In this document: positions 8,342 to 18,202 of the stretch, piece after piece | Numbering within the stretch: the stretch's first letter is position 1 | Layout of the letters: every line of letters starts with the position of its first letter | Notes under the pieces: model-generated | What the model was told of the DNA's origin: nothing | Databases searched by the model: none | The model's input: the letters and a program-made list of their open reading frames with translations, nothing else | Source of the DNA: a bacterium | GTDB lineage: Bacteria; Elusimicrobiota; JBDRMW01 | Direction of reading: 5' to 3' | Assembly (NCBI GenBank): GCA_043811735.1 | Contig: JBDRMW010000127.1 | Coordinates: forward strand, 1 to 54,884 | Length of the DNA: 54,884 nt | Translations under genes and position numbers: made by a program

Positions 8342-9580
8342 ATGTATACATATATTAACAAAAGTTTACACTGTGATAATATACCTTTAAACAGTATAGC
8401 CAAGAAATACGGCACCCCTGTTTTTGTATATGACCGTAGTATCATTCGAAATAATTTTACACGGTACACAAAGGCTTTTGCTTCGGTTCCGCATCGTATC
8501 TGCTATGCGGTAAAAGCAAACTCGAATATTTCTATTCTGCGCGATTTAAAAAACTTAGGTTCCGGTGCTGATATTGTATCCGGCGGCGAACTGTTTAAAG
8601 CGCTGCGTGCAGGCATTGATCCTGGACGTATAGTGTATTCCGGGGTAGGAAAAACTGAAGAAGAGATTCGATATGCATTGCGTGAAGAAATACTCATGTT
8701 TAATGTTGAATCCCTGGATGAGCTTATCGCAATCAATAAGGTTGCGCGTAAACTGATGGTTAAAGCGCCTGTTGCATTTCGTATAAATCCTGATATCGAT
8801 GCATTAACGCATAAACATATTACCACGGGTAAAAAGGAGAATAAATTCGGCATACATTTTCCTCATGTGATTGAGCATTTTCTTGAAGCTCGTAAACTTA
8901 TGCATATCGAAATCGTTGGCATACAAGCGCATATCGGTTCTCAGCTCTTGACGGTTCAGCCGTATATTGCAACGGTGAAGAAATTAGTTGAGATTATCAA
9001 AAGCCTTGAAATGTTGGGTATTCGGATAACATATGTGGATATCGGCGGCGGATTAGGTATACAATATAATAATCGTGAGCATCCTCCTGCGCCCCACAAA
9101 CTTGCCCGTGCGGTTATTCCAATGATACGAAAGACGGGGTTGACCTTGATTCTTGAACCAGGGAGAAGCATATGCGGAGATGCCGGCGTGCTTTTAACGC
9201 GAGTTCTGTATAAGAAAAAAACTGATATGAAGCATTTTATTGTGGTTGATGCAGCCATGAATGATCTGATGCGGCCGGTTTTATATGATGCGTATCATGA
9301 TATTATTCCGGTGCAGAAAAGAAAAAGAAGTAAGATCATTCGTGCGGATATTGTCGGCCCGATATGCGAAACAGGCGATCATTTTACTAAAGGCAGGCCT
9401 ATGCCTGAACCCGAGCATAACGATATTTTATGCATTAAAGCTGCCGGTGCCTATGGATTTGCTATGTCTTCCCAGTATAATTCACGCCTGCGCGCAGCAG
9501 AAGTTATGGTTACGGGAAGTAAAACCAAACTTATACGGGAACGAGAAGATTACGGGGATCTGGTTGACCAGGAAGTTTAA
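8342..9580 (+). CDS. lysA: Diaminopimelate decarboxylase
   Basis: The 412-aa ORF has the PLP lysine context YAVKANSN, plus DIGGGLGI and GPICETGD. Confidence 0.95.
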   Translation: MYTYINKSLHCDNIPLNSIAKKYGTPVFVYDRSIIRNNFTRYTKAFASVPHRICYAVKANSNISILRDLKNLGSGADIVSGGELFKALRAGIDPGRIVYSGVGKTEEEIRYALREEILMFNVESLDELIAINKVARKLMVKAPVAFRINPDIDALTHKHITTGKKENKFGIHFPHVIEHFLEARKLMHIEIVGIQAHIGSQLLTVQPYIATVKKLVEIIKSLEMLGIRITYVDIGGGLGIQYNNREHPPAPHKLARAVIPMIRKTGLTLILEPGRSICGDAGVLLTRVLYKKKTDMKHFIVVDAAMNDLMRPVLYDAYHDIIPVQKRKRSKIIRADIVGPICETGDHFTKGRPMPEPEHNDILCIKAAGAYGFAMSSQYNSRLRAAEVMVTGSKTKLIREREDYGDLVDQEV

Positions 9581-9595
9581 ACGTCGGGAGTGCGT

Positions 9596-10402
9596 ATGTC
9601 ATCAGGACGAAGACGAATAAAATTTATTAAAATGAGTGCAGGAGGAAATGATTTTGTCTTAATTGATAATCGGGATAAAAGACTTCCAAAAAATCTTTCC
9701 GGCCTCGCCCGGCATCTCTGCAAACGAAAATTCAGTATCGGTGCTGATGGACTGCTGGTGCTGGAAAATGCACCGGCACACAATTTTAAAATGATTTATT
9801 ATAATTCTGATGGATCACGGGCATCTATGTGCGGCAATGGCGCGCGCTGCATTGCCATGTTCGCTTACTGGAGCGGGACGGCTCCCATCGATATGCGCTT
9901 TACCGCGGATGCGGGTCTCTACCGGGCGCAGATCCAGAGTAATTCAGTTAAACTTTTTATGCGGCAGCCTCATTCAATGAAACTCCACAGGAGCATGAAA
10001 ATACAAGGTAAAAAGATAAAACTGCATTCAATTAATACCGGCGTTCCCCATGCGGTTTGTTTTGTAAAAGACAATAAAAAAATAAATATCGATTTAATCG
10101 GCAGGCCTATTAGATATAACAAAATCTTTAAACCGCAGGGAACCAATGTGAACTTTGTATCTAAGAAAAACGCGCATACCATTAATGTGCGTACCTATGA
10201 ACGCGGTGTTGAAGCTGAAACCTCTGCGTGCGGTACGGGAGTTACGGCTTCAGCGGTGATCGCCGTTCGATTAGGCCTGGTGAAATCCCCGGTACAGTGC
10301 ATCACGGCGGGCGGCGATGTGTTAATTGTTTCTTGTGGTGTCAATCAGATATATTTAGAAGGGCCGGTACGGATATGTTTCGAAGGAGAAGTTTTAATAT
10401 AG
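9596..10402 (+). CDS. dapF: Diaminopimelate epimerase
   Basis: It has GNDFVLID and both catalytic Cys contexts, SMCGNGARC and SACGTGVTA. I prefer the ATG at 9596 (SD GGGAG at 9586-9590) over the GTG at 9590. Confidence 0.9.
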   Translation: MSSGRRRIKFIKMSAGGNDFVLIDNRDKRLPKNLSGLARHLCKRKFSIGADGLLVLENAPAHNFKMIYYNSDGSRASMCGNGARCIAMFAYWSGTAPIDMRFTADAGLYRAQIQSNSVKLFMRQPHSMKLHRSMKIQGKKIKLHSINTGVPHAVCFVKDNKKINIDLIGRPIRYNKIFKPQGTNVNFVSKKNAHTINVRTYERGVEAETSACGTGVTASAVIAVRLGLVKSPVQCITAGGDVLIVSCGVNQIYLEGPVRICFEGEVLI

Positions 10403-10452
10403 GGGACAGACCTCTTTGAGGAATGTCTCAATAAGCTATTAAGGAGAAGATC

Positions 10453-11331
10453 ATGTTTTCTGGGTCATATGTTGCACTAGTCACCCCGTTTAAAAATGGG
10501 AAAATTGATGAGAAAAAACTAAAAAATCTTGTTCATTTTCATATTGAACAGGGTACCAGCGGCCTGGTGCCGTGCGGAACCACGGGAGAATCATCCACGC
10601 TTTTGCACAGCGAGCGTGAAAAAGTAATTGATATTGTGGTCAAGGAAGCAGGAGGATCGATTCCGGTGATAGCAGGTACTGGTTTTAATTCAACTGAGGA
10701 AACCATTGAAATGAGCAGATTTGCAAAAAAAGCAGGCGCGCACAGTTTATTGCTGGTTGTTCCCTATTATAATAAACCGACACCAGAAGGATTGTACCAG
10801 CATTTTTCCCATGTTGCCGCTGCAGTTGATTTGCCGGTTATATTGTATAATATTCCGGGCAGAACGGGTGTAAATCTTCTGCCTGAAACCGTGATTCGGC
10901 TTGCGCAGGATAATAAAAACATTGTGGGGATTAAAGAAGCTTCCGGTAATATGGATCAAGCAAGTGAAATTATCCGCACCTTAGGTGAAAATTTCTGTCT
11001 GCTCTCCGGTGATGATTCGCTGACACTCCCGCTCCTTGCAATAGGAGGGAAAGGAGTAATCTCGGTTGCGGCGAATCTGATTCCGCGGGATGTAAAAGAG
11101 ATGGTTGAATGCTGGAATAAGGGGGATATATCCCGTGCCCGGGAACTGCATTTAAGGATGTTTAAGCTTATTAAGGCGCTTTTTATTGAAACTAATCCTA
11201 TTCCGGTTAAAACCGCGATGGGAATGTTGAACATGTGTCTGCCTGATCTGCGTCTGCCGTTACTGCCGATGAGTGAAGAGCATACAAAGAAACTAAGAGA
11301 AACATTAAAAGATTACGGGTTAAACATATGA
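10453..11331 (+). CDS. dapA: 4-hydroxy-tetrahydrodipicolinate synthase
   Basis: The 292-aa ORF has GTTGES and the Schiff-base lysine context IVGIKEASG. The SD AAGGAG lies upstream. Confidence 0.95.
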   Translation: MFSGSYVALVTPFKNGKIDEKKLKNLVHFHIEQGTSGLVPCGTTGESSTLLHSEREKVIDIVVKEAGGSIPVIAGTGFNSTEETIEMSRFAKKAGAHSLLLVVPYYNKPTPEGLYQHFSHVAAAVDLPVILYNIPGRTGVNLLPETVIRLAQDNKNIVGIKEASGNMDQASEIIRTLGENFCLLSGDDSLTLPLLAIGGKGVISVAANLIPRDVKEMVECWNKGDISRARELHLRMFKLIKALFIETNPIPVKTAMGMLNMCLPDLRLPLLPMSEEHTKKLRETLKDYGLNI

Positions 11332-12095
11332 TAAAAATTATTATTGCAGGCATTGCAGGGAAAATGGGAAAAATGATTTTTGAACTCGCACAAGCTTCCC
11401 CGGACATGACCGTAGTCGCTGGTCTTGAACAGGCCGGCCATCCTGATTGTACAAACGTTAAGTCAACAGGATTGCGTATTACCTCAGATACAGCAATTAT
11501 GAAAGAAGCCGATGTGGTTATTGATTTTACCGCAGCCGGTGCAGCCATGAAAAATATTCACTCTGCGGTTGCTGCCAAAAAACCAATTGTAATTGGCACC
11601 ACCGGATTTTCAAAAGAACAGCTTAAGGAAATAAAAGAAGCAGCGCAGAAAATTCCTGTTTTCTTGTCTCCTAATATGAGTCCCGGAGTTCATTTATTAA
11701 ACAAGTTAGTTGAGATTACCTCACAGGCGCTTTCAAACTATGATATTGAAATCATTGAAACTCATCATAATAAAAAGAAAGATGCTCCTTCGGGGACTGC
11801 GGTTAAATTAGCAGATATTATTTCAAAAATCATTGATACTCATGATACGTGCTATGGCAGAAAAGGAAATCTTGGGCAAAGGCCGCACAAGCAGATCGGT
11901 ATCCATGCGGTGCGTGCCGGAGATATTGTAGGTGAACATACGGTCGTTTTTGCCGGTCCCGGAGAGAGAATAGAACTGACGCATAAAGCAGATTCGCGCG
12001 CCGCGTTTGCCGCGGGATCGCTCTGCGCTGCGCTGTGGATATACGGAAAAAAGCCCGGTTTATACGGTATGGAGAATATGTTGGGTGAAGCTTAA
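11328..12095 (+). CDS. dapB: 4-hydroxy-tetrahydrodipicolinate reductase
   Basis: The 255-aa ORF has an N-terminal GIAGKMGK dinucleotide fold and ETHHNKKKDAPSGTA. It has a 4-nt ATGA overlap with dapA. Confidence 0.95.
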   Translation: MIKIIIAGIAGKMGKMIFELAQASPDMTVVAGLEQAGHPDCTNVKSTGLRITSDTAIMKEADVVIDFTAAGAAMKNIHSAVAAKKPIVIGTTGFSKEQLKEIKEAAQKIPVFLSPNMSPGVHLLNKLVEITSQALSNYDIEIIETHHNKKKDAPSGTAVKLADIISKIIDTHDTCYGRKGNLGQRPHKQIGIHAVRAGDIVGEHTVVFAGPGERIELTHKADSRAAFAAGSLCAALWIYGKKPGLYGMENMLGEA

Positions 12096-12453
12096 AGCTG
12101 TTTTACATAAGATCAATTTATTTTTAAGCGAACAGGATGTGCATCCAGATGATCCGGTTTATGATCCGGCACATATCGCCGTGATGATCGCGGCGGTCAT
12201 TATGGGCATTGCCGTTCTTTTTTGGCTGCTATGGGCATTAATGGTATGTGAGGGCGGAATTTTTACAAAAATTATTCCTTTCCTGAAGGTTGTTTGTACG
12301 TCAAAAACACTGCAGGATTTTGGGTATGAAGGATACCCTTACGAGCCGGGCATTTTTGAAGGATGGATTGTCAATTCTGCCGCATTAATTTTATGTATAT
12401 TATTAATGATCGGGATATACCGTATTTTTAAAAAATTGGAAGAAAAAGTTTAA
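12085..12453 (+). CDS. Small two-TM membrane protein embedded in the dap operon (start uncertain)
   Basis: ORF 12007..12453 overlaps the dapB 3' end, so I took the GTG at 12085 as the most plausible start. It has two hydrophobic segments, IAVMIAAVIMGIAVLFWLLWALMV and IVNSAALILCILLMIGIY. Confidence 0.4.
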   Translation: MKLKAVLHKINLFLSEQDVHPDDPVYDPAHIAVMIAAVIMGIAVLFWLLWALMVCEGGIFTKIIPFLKVVCTSKTLQDFGYEGYPYEPGIFEGWIVNSAALILCILLMIGIYRIFKKLEEKV

Positions 12454-12458
12454 ATCTC

Positions 12459-13622
12459 ATGAAATTTCAAGAAAATAAAAAATTAAAAAAACTTCCGCCG
12501 TATCTGTTTGTTGATTTAGATAAAAGAAAAAAAGAAGCTGTGCAAAGAGGCGTTGATATTATTTCTTTCGGGGTAGGTGATCCTGACCTTGAAACACCGA
12601 AACATATTGTTGTATCAGGCCAGCGGGCATTAGCAAAAGCAGCGAATCATCATTATCCGTTTGGATCAGGCCTTAAGGAGTTTCGTGAAGCGGTGTCAAA
12701 ATGGTATGAAGTGAGGTTTGGGGTATCATTAAATCCTCAATCGGAAGTTCATGCAATTATCGGTTCAAAAGAAGGGATCGGGCATCTTCCTTTAGGTTTT
12801 ATTGATCCGGGGGATGTCGTATTGGTTCCTGAACCGGGATATCCGGTATATCATACGGGAACGATTATGGCCGGAGGAGAGCCGTATTTTATGCCGCTTA
12901 AAGAATATAACCGGTTTTTACCTGATCTTGATGCGATTCCGCCTGATATTGCCCGCAAAGCAAAAATCATGTTTCTCAATTATCCCAACAATCCAACCTC
13001 GGCGGTTGCTGATGCGGAGTTTTTTGTTAAGGTAATCGCATTTGCGGATAAATATAATATTCTTGTTGCGCATGATGCGGCATATTCTGAGCTTTATTAT
13101 GAAAATCCTCCGATAAGTTTTCTCTCAGTTCCCGGCGCAAAAGATGCAGGTGTTGAGTTCCACTCATTATCAAAAACATTTTCCATGACCGGATGGCGGA
13201 TCGGCTGGGTTTGCGGTAATGCGAAGGTTATAAAGACCTTAAGTGCGGTGAAAGATAATTATGATTCAGGGGTGTTTAATGCGGTCCAGGAAGCTGGTGT
13301 TACTGCCTTATCTGCTTCGCATGCATGCGTTGAAGATATGAGAGCCATTTATAAGAAGAGGCGGGACCTGCTTTGTGACGGATTACGCAAATATGGATGG
13401 GATGTGCAGACGCCTGAAGCAACGTTTTATGTATGGGCAAAAACACCGCATCATATCAGCTCGCAAAAATGCGTTGAAGTACTGCTTGAAGAAGCAGGTA
13501 TTGTTTCAACACCCGGGAGCGGATTGGGAGCATCCGGCGAAGGATATGTGCGTTTCAGCTTGACGGTCAATGAATATCGTATAATTGAAGCGGTTGAACG
13601 CATATCAAAGATTAAATGGTAG
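12459..13622 (+). CDS. dapL: LL-diaminopimelate aminotransferase (class I/II aminotransferase, DapL-type)
   Basis: The 387-aa ORF has an N-terminal KLPPYLF..LD and FGVGDPD, and the PLP lysine context SLSKTFSMTGWRIGW. It is co-operonic with dapA, dapB, dapF and lysA, and no dapD/C/E genes are present. Confidence 0.75.
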   Translation: MKFQENKKLKKLPPYLFVDLDKRKKEAVQRGVDIISFGVGDPDLETPKHIVVSGQRALAKAANHHYPFGSGLKEFREAVSKWYEVRFGVSLNPQSEVHAIIGSKEGIGHLPLGFIDPGDVVLVPEPGYPVYHTGTIMAGGEPYFMPLKEYNRFLPDLDAIPPDIARKAKIMFLNYPNNPTSAVADAEFFVKVIAFADKYNILVAHDAAYSELYYENPPISFLSVPGAKDAGVEFHSLSKTFSMTGWRIGWVCGNAKVIKTLSAVKDNYDSGVFNAVQEAGVTALSASHACVEDMRAIYKKRRDLLCDGLRKYGWDVQTPEATFYVWAKTPHHISSQKCVEVLLEEAGIVSTPGSGLGASGEGYVRFSLTVNEYRIIEAVERISKIKW

Positions 13623-13695
13623 TATTTAAACTGCAAATTTAAGATTTAAAATTTAAAATTAAAAAAAAACAGAGTCAACGGCATTTTTTAAATAC

Positions 13696-14145
13696 ATGGT
13701 TATTGCTTATGTGGGATTGGGTTCAAACCTTGGTAATAAGAAAAAAAACATTACCAAAGCGGTTCAATTGATTTCACATGTTCCGGGCATACATATGGTA
13801 GCATGCTCCAGATTATACAAGACCAAACCGATGTATGAAAAAAAACAACCGGATTTTATAAATGGAGTGGTAAAAATAAAAACACGGTTGAAAGCGGAAC
13901 AATTATTGAAAAGTTTAAAGGAGATTGAGCGCGCTCTGGGGCGCAGGGTCAGTTATCGGTACGGGCCGCGTGCGATTGATCTGGACGTTCTATTATACGG
14001 GAAGAACAAATTTAAAAAAAAATCGCTCATAATCCCGCATAAACGCATGCATGAACGAATGTTTGTGCTTAAACCCCTTGTTGAGATCTCTCCCGGGGCG
14101 GTGCATCCGGGTTTTCACAGAAGATGTGCGGGGATTATCCCATAA
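13696..14145 (+). CDS. folK: 2-amino-4-hydroxy-6-hydroxymethyldihydropteridine diphosphokinase
   Basis: The 149-aa ORF has the HPPK pattern: YVGLGSNLG, YKTKPM, PDFINGVV, GPRAIDLDVLLYG and IPHKRMHERMFVLKPL. Confidence 0.85.
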   Translation: MVIAYVGLGSNLGNKKKNITKAVQLISHVPGIHMVACSRLYKTKPMYEKKQPDFINGVVKIKTRLKAEQLLKSLKEIERALGRRVSYRYGPRAIDLDVLLYGKNKFKKKSLIIPHKRMHERMFVLKPLVEISPGAVHPGFHRRCAGIIP

Positions 14146-14148
14146 TAT

Positions 14149-14950
14149 ATGCATAAAAAAATAACCACATATGAATTGCAAAAAATGAAAAAAAACGGAG
14201 AAAAAATTTCCGCGTTAACCTGTTATAATTTTTATATGTCCCAAATATTTAACCGGGTTGGGATAGATGTTATTCTGGTGGGGGACTCACTCGGCATGGT
14301 TGAACTGGGATATGATTCTACGATTCCTGTTACTATTGATGATATGCGCACTCACTTAAAAGCAGTAAGACGGGGGAATACGCGGGCGCTTCTGGTGGTT
14401 GATATGCCGTACATGAGCTATAATTTTTCCCGCAGAGAAAGTTTAAACTATGCGGGAATGCTCATGAAAGACGGTGCCGAGGCAGTAAAGATTGAGGGCG
14501 GCAAAGAAGTAAAAAAAAACTATTCAAACGCTTCTCGATCATGAAATACCCGTGATGGGACATCTGGGGCTTACCCCTCAGGGGATCAATCGATTGGGCG
14601 GCTATCGTGTGCAGGGACGAAGCAGAAAAGAACAGGAAAAAATATATAAAGATGCTGAGCTTCTGCAATCTCTGGGTGTTTTTGCACTCGTATTGGAGTG
14701 TATCCCGGAAAATGTTGGTGCCGCCATTGCGCAGAATCTGCACATCCCTGTTATCGGCATAGGGGCCGGCCGAAAATGTGACGGACAAATTTTAGTGATA
14801 AATGATATCTTGGGATTATACAACGGTTTATTGCCTCGTTTTGTTAAACAATATGCTCACCTGAATAAGACAATACATTCAGCTGTTCAGCGGTACAAAC
14901 GGGAAGTTACCAAAGGAATCTATCCGTCAAAAAAACATATTTATACCTAA
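14149..14950 (+). pseudogene. panB: 3-methyl-2-oxobutanoate hydroxymethyltransferase, split by a 1-nt frameshift in an A9 run
   Basis: ORF 14149..14544 carries DSLGMV, DMPYMSY and GAEAVKIEGG. ORF 14552..14950 carries GHLGLTPQ and IGIGAG..CDGQILV, and is in the +1 frame. Removing one A from 14511-14519 gives a continuous EVKKTIQTLLDHEIPVMGHLGLTPQ. Confidence 0.85.
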
Positions 14951-14972
14951 TTTTTTATACGGGAAAACGCAG

Positions 14973-15845
14973 ATGTGGATTGGTGCTGCACTTGGTACAG
15001 GCATTTTTGTTTTTATCTGGGGCTGGTTCTCCGCCGGCCTTGTTCTTAAAATCCCCCGGTTAAAACTCGAATCATCACCCCAAGATTATGGATTAGAGTA
15101 TGAAAAACACTCGCTCATATCATCTGATAATATAAAGATACATGCGTGGTTTGTTCCCTGTCAAGGATCTAATGCAACGATTATTCTGCTTCATGGGTGG
15201 GGGGCGCATAAAGGCAATATTCTCCCTAATTCGTTTTTTTTACATAACCGCGGCAAGTACAATCTGTTATATATTGATTATAGGAATCATGGTGAAAGCG
15301 GGGGAACAAGCTCATCGCTGGGGCTTCATGAAACCAAGGATCTCATCGCTGCCGTTGAATTTTTAAAAGCACAAAAACCGCATGCCTCAGTGCATATAGG
15401 TCTTTTGGGCGTCTCATTGGGTGCGACCATCGGCATATTAGGGACCGCACAGATTCCTGAAATCGAAGCATTGGTTGCTGAAAGCGCATTTGGAAGGCCG
15501 GCAGACGTTATTGTACGGTATGCAAAACTATTCTATAATGTACCGAAATTCCCTTTGGTTTTAATCACACTTTTATTTGTACAGCTTAAACTGAAAATCC
15601 GCTTTGCGCAGATTGAAGCCCTGCAGTATATCGGCCGTATCGCGCCCCGGCCGGTCTTTCTTATCCAGGGGGCAGAAGATGTGCGGATGCCGCCGTCGGA
15701 AGGGAAGAATCTTTTTGCCCGGGCCGGTAATCCGAAGCACCTGTGGACTGTTCCCGGGGCTGATCATGCTGAAGCATATGCAAAGAGTTCAGTTGAATAT
15801 GAAAAAAAACTATTGGAATTTTTTTCACGGCATCTAAAAATATGA
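14973..15845 (+). CDS. Alpha/beta-fold hydrolase
   Basis: The 290-aa ORF has an N-terminal TM segment, an HGWG oxyanion-region motif, the nucleophile elbow GVSLGA, and late GAEDVRMP and GADH. It has a 4-nt overlap with panC. Confidence 0.75.
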   Translation: MWIGAALGTGIFVFIWGWFSAGLVLKIPRLKLESSPQDYGLEYEKHSLISSDNIKIHAWFVPCQGSNATIILLHGWGAHKGNILPNSFFLHNRGKYNLLYIDYRNHGESGGTSSSLGLHETKDLIAAVEFLKAQKPHASVHIGLLGVSLGATIGILGTAQIPEIEALVAESAFGRPADVIVRYAKLFYNVPKFPLVLITLLFVQLKLKIRFAQIEALQYIGRIAPRPVFLIQGAEDVRMPPSEGKNLFARAGNPKHLWTVPGADHAEAYAKSSVEYEKKLLEFFSRHLKI

Positions 15846-16684
15846 AGATACTAAAAACAGTTATTGAGATGCAAAACTGGTCCGATGCGCAGCGTCTTAA
15901 AAAGCGGTCAATTGGATTCGTTCCAACCATGGGAGCTATCCATGACGGACATTCTTCTCTGGTTCGCCGAAGCAGACAGGAAAATCAGGCCACGGTTGTT
16001 TCAATATTTGTTAATCCAGCGCAATTCGGCCCTCAAGAAGATTTTCACGCCTATCCCCGGCCGCGTACGTTAGATTTGAAGATATTACGTGCACATAATG
16101 TTGATCTTGTTTTTGCTCCAACAGTGCATGAAATGTACAAAAATGATTTTTCTACCTGTGTTGAAGAATCAGTCCGTTCCAAAGGATTATGCGCTGATAC
16201 ACGTCCTGATCATTTCCGCGGGGTAACGACCATTGTAACCAAGCTTTTTATAGCGGTTAATCCGCATAACGCGTATTTTGGCGAAAAAGACTACCAGCAG
16301 TTAAAGATAATCCAGAAAATGGTGAAAGATCTTGGGTTTAACATTAAGGTAATCGGCTGTCCGGTGGTGAGAGAATCTGATGGACTTGCCAGGTCAAGCA
16401 GAAATAAATACCTTGACCGTGAGCATAGGGCAAAGGCATTGCTCGTATATAGTTCTTTACAAAAAGCCGTTGAAATGATAAAATCAAAAAATAAAATTTC
16501 AGACATATATGCTTATATACACCGGCTGTGGCAGCAGCATGATACATGCCGGCTTGAGTATATAAGGGTAGTTGATCCTGAAACATTGGAAGAAAAACAT
16601 ACTTTTGTTGGCCGTATACGTGTTTTGATTGCAGCTACGGTGGGGAATACCAGGCTTATAGATACTATTGAAATCCGGAGGTAA
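15842..16684 (+). CDS. panC: Pantoate--beta-alanine ligase
   Basis: The 280-aa ORF has PTMGAIHDGH (the HIGH-like motif), FGEKDYQQ and ARSSRN. Confidence 0.95.
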   Translation: MKILKTVIEMQNWSDAQRLKKRSIGFVPTMGAIHDGHSSLVRRSRQENQATVVSIFVNPAQFGPQEDFHAYPRPRTLDLKILRAHNVDLVFAPTVHEMYKNDFSTCVEESVRSKGLCADTRPDHFRGVTTIVTKLFIAVNPHNAYFGEKDYQQLKIIQKMVKDLGFNIKVIGCPVVRESDGLARSSRNKYLDREHRAKALLVYSSLQKAVEMIKSKNKISDIYAYIHRLWQQHDTCRLEYIRVVDPETLEEKHTFVGRIRVLIAATVGNTRLIDTIEIRR

Positions 16685-16723
16685 AAACCATGAAGATGAG
16701 ATTAAAATTTTATTTCTAAACCA

Positions 16724-17251
16724 ATGATTCAATTTAAGTTTATTGCATATTTTTCTGCGGTCGTAATTGTTACGGTGACCTCGTTGTATTATGTGGTTAG
16801 ACGGGCAGTAATCAAAACGCTGAGCGAAATCGGAGTTCCCCAGGAGGATATAATTAATTCACTTCAGCATATGGATAACTCCACGGTTTTAGTGATTGTC
16901 ATTATTATTGCTGCGTTAGCTTTTTTAGGGTTTATTTATTTTCACAGCTTTACCGGGCCGCTTTTTTCATTGGAACGTTCATTGGATTCTCTTAAAACAG
17001 GTGATCTTACGACATATGTGGGTATACGGAAAAGTGATGAGCTGAAAGATTTTGCAGATAAACTTAAAATCATGATCAGCAGTTTTAGAGACATGCTCAG
17101 CAAAGACCGGGAACAATGCCGGGATATAAGCACCAATCTTGAAAGTATTATCGCACAAGCAAAAAATGATAAACTTACCCAAGATCAAATTAAGGAACTG
17201 GAAAATCTCCAGCATAAAGTTTCTGCGGTAACTCAAGAATTCACTATTTAA
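16724..17251 (+). CDS. Membrane protein with two TM segments and a HAMP-like linker, no output domain
   Basis: The 175-aa ORF has two TM segments followed by FTGPLFSLERSLDSLKTGDLTTYVGIRKSDELKDFADKLKIMISSF, which is HAMP-like, and then a coiled-coil tail. Confidence 0.55.
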   Translation: MIQFKFIAYFSAVVIVTVTSLYYVVRRAVIKTLSEIGVPQEDIINSLQHMDNSTVLVIVIIIAALAFLGFIYFHSFTGPLFSLERSLDSLKTGDLTTYVGIRKSDELKDFADKLKIMISSFRDMLSKDREQCRDISTNLESIIAQAKNDKLTQDQIKELENLQHKVSAVTQEFTI

Positions 17252-17273
17252 CCTAAATCATCGGAGTGTTGCT

Positions 17274-18194
17274 ATGGTTGAGACTTGCGTTAGAAGTAAT
17301 CTTATTAGACAGATAAAGACGCTTAAAGCAGCGCGGAAAGCGGTAATACTGGCGCATAATTATCAGATTGATGAAGTTCAGGCAATTGCTGATATTTTGG
17401 GGGACTCTCTGGAACTTGCCAGGGCTGCTTCAAAGGTTCAAGCTGAAACAATCATTTTCTGCGGTGTTTATTTTATGGCTGAATCAGCAGCAATCCTTAA
17501 TCCGGCAAAGAAAGTCTTGCTGCCCAATGTTACTGCCGGCTGTCCGCTTGCTGATATGATCAACGCTGATCAGCTGCGGGATTTTAAAAAATTATATCCT
17601 GACGCAGCCGTGGTCTGCTATGTAAACTCTTCGGCAGAGATTAAAGCGGAATCAGATATTTGCTGTACGTCCTCTAATGCCATTAAAATAATAAACTCAT
17701 TAGATGAAAAACGTGTTATTTTTGTACCCGACCGAAACCTGGGCAAATATGCTTCATCTTTTACTAATAAAGAAATGATTCTCTGGAATGGCTATTGTCC
17801 GACTCATGTGCGCCTTTCCATAGAAGATGTTCTGCGTGCCCGTAAAGAACATCCGAAAGCGGTATTTGTTGCACATCCTGAATGCGAACCGGAAGTATTG
17901 GCGGTTGCTGATTATGTATGCTCAACGGGGAAGATGCTTCAGTATGCAAAAGAAACTTCCGTGAAAGAACTTATTATCGGCACTGAGATCGGCATGTTGT
18001 ACCGGCTGCGAAAAGAAAATCCTGACAAGCAGTTTTATATTGCTTCTCCCAAGCTTATCTGCCCCAATATGAAAAAAATCAATAGTGAAGGAATTTATTC
18101 ATCACTTACAAATCTTCAGCATGAGATTCAGGTGCCTGAAGATATAAGACAGAAAGCCTGCCGGTCAATAAAACGAATGTTGGATGTAAGTTAA
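17274..18194 (+). CDS. nadA: Quinolinate synthase
   Basis: The 306-aa ORF has HNYQ, FCGVYFMAESA and the conserved Cys contexts AGCPLAD, VCYVNSS and ICPNMK. Confidence 0.93.
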   Translation: MVETCVRSNLIRQIKTLKAARKAVILAHNYQIDEVQAIADILGDSLELARAASKVQAETIIFCGVYFMAESAAILNPAKKVLLPNVTAGCPLADMINADQLRDFKKLYPDAAVVCYVNSSAEIKAESDICCTSSNAIKIINSLDEKRVIFVPDRNLGKYASSFTNKEMILWNGYCPTHVRLSIEDVLRARKEHPKAVFVAHPECEPEVLAVADYVCSTGKMLQYAKETSVKELIIGTEIGMLYRLRKENPDKQFYIASPKLICPNMKKINSEGIYSSLTNLQHEIQVPEDIRQKACRSIKRMLDVS

Positions 18195-18202
18195 ATATTT
18201 CC

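Noticed and set aside
8503-11548. Long antisense ORFs inside lysA, dapF, dapA and dapB (8503-8853, 8956-9258, 10956-11234, 11207-11548). The same applies elsewhere, for example 30510-30932, 50516-50872 and 53401-53730.
   Set aside because: Each lies entirely opposite a confidently identified gene and has low-complexity or atypical composition with no SD. They are shadow ORFs.
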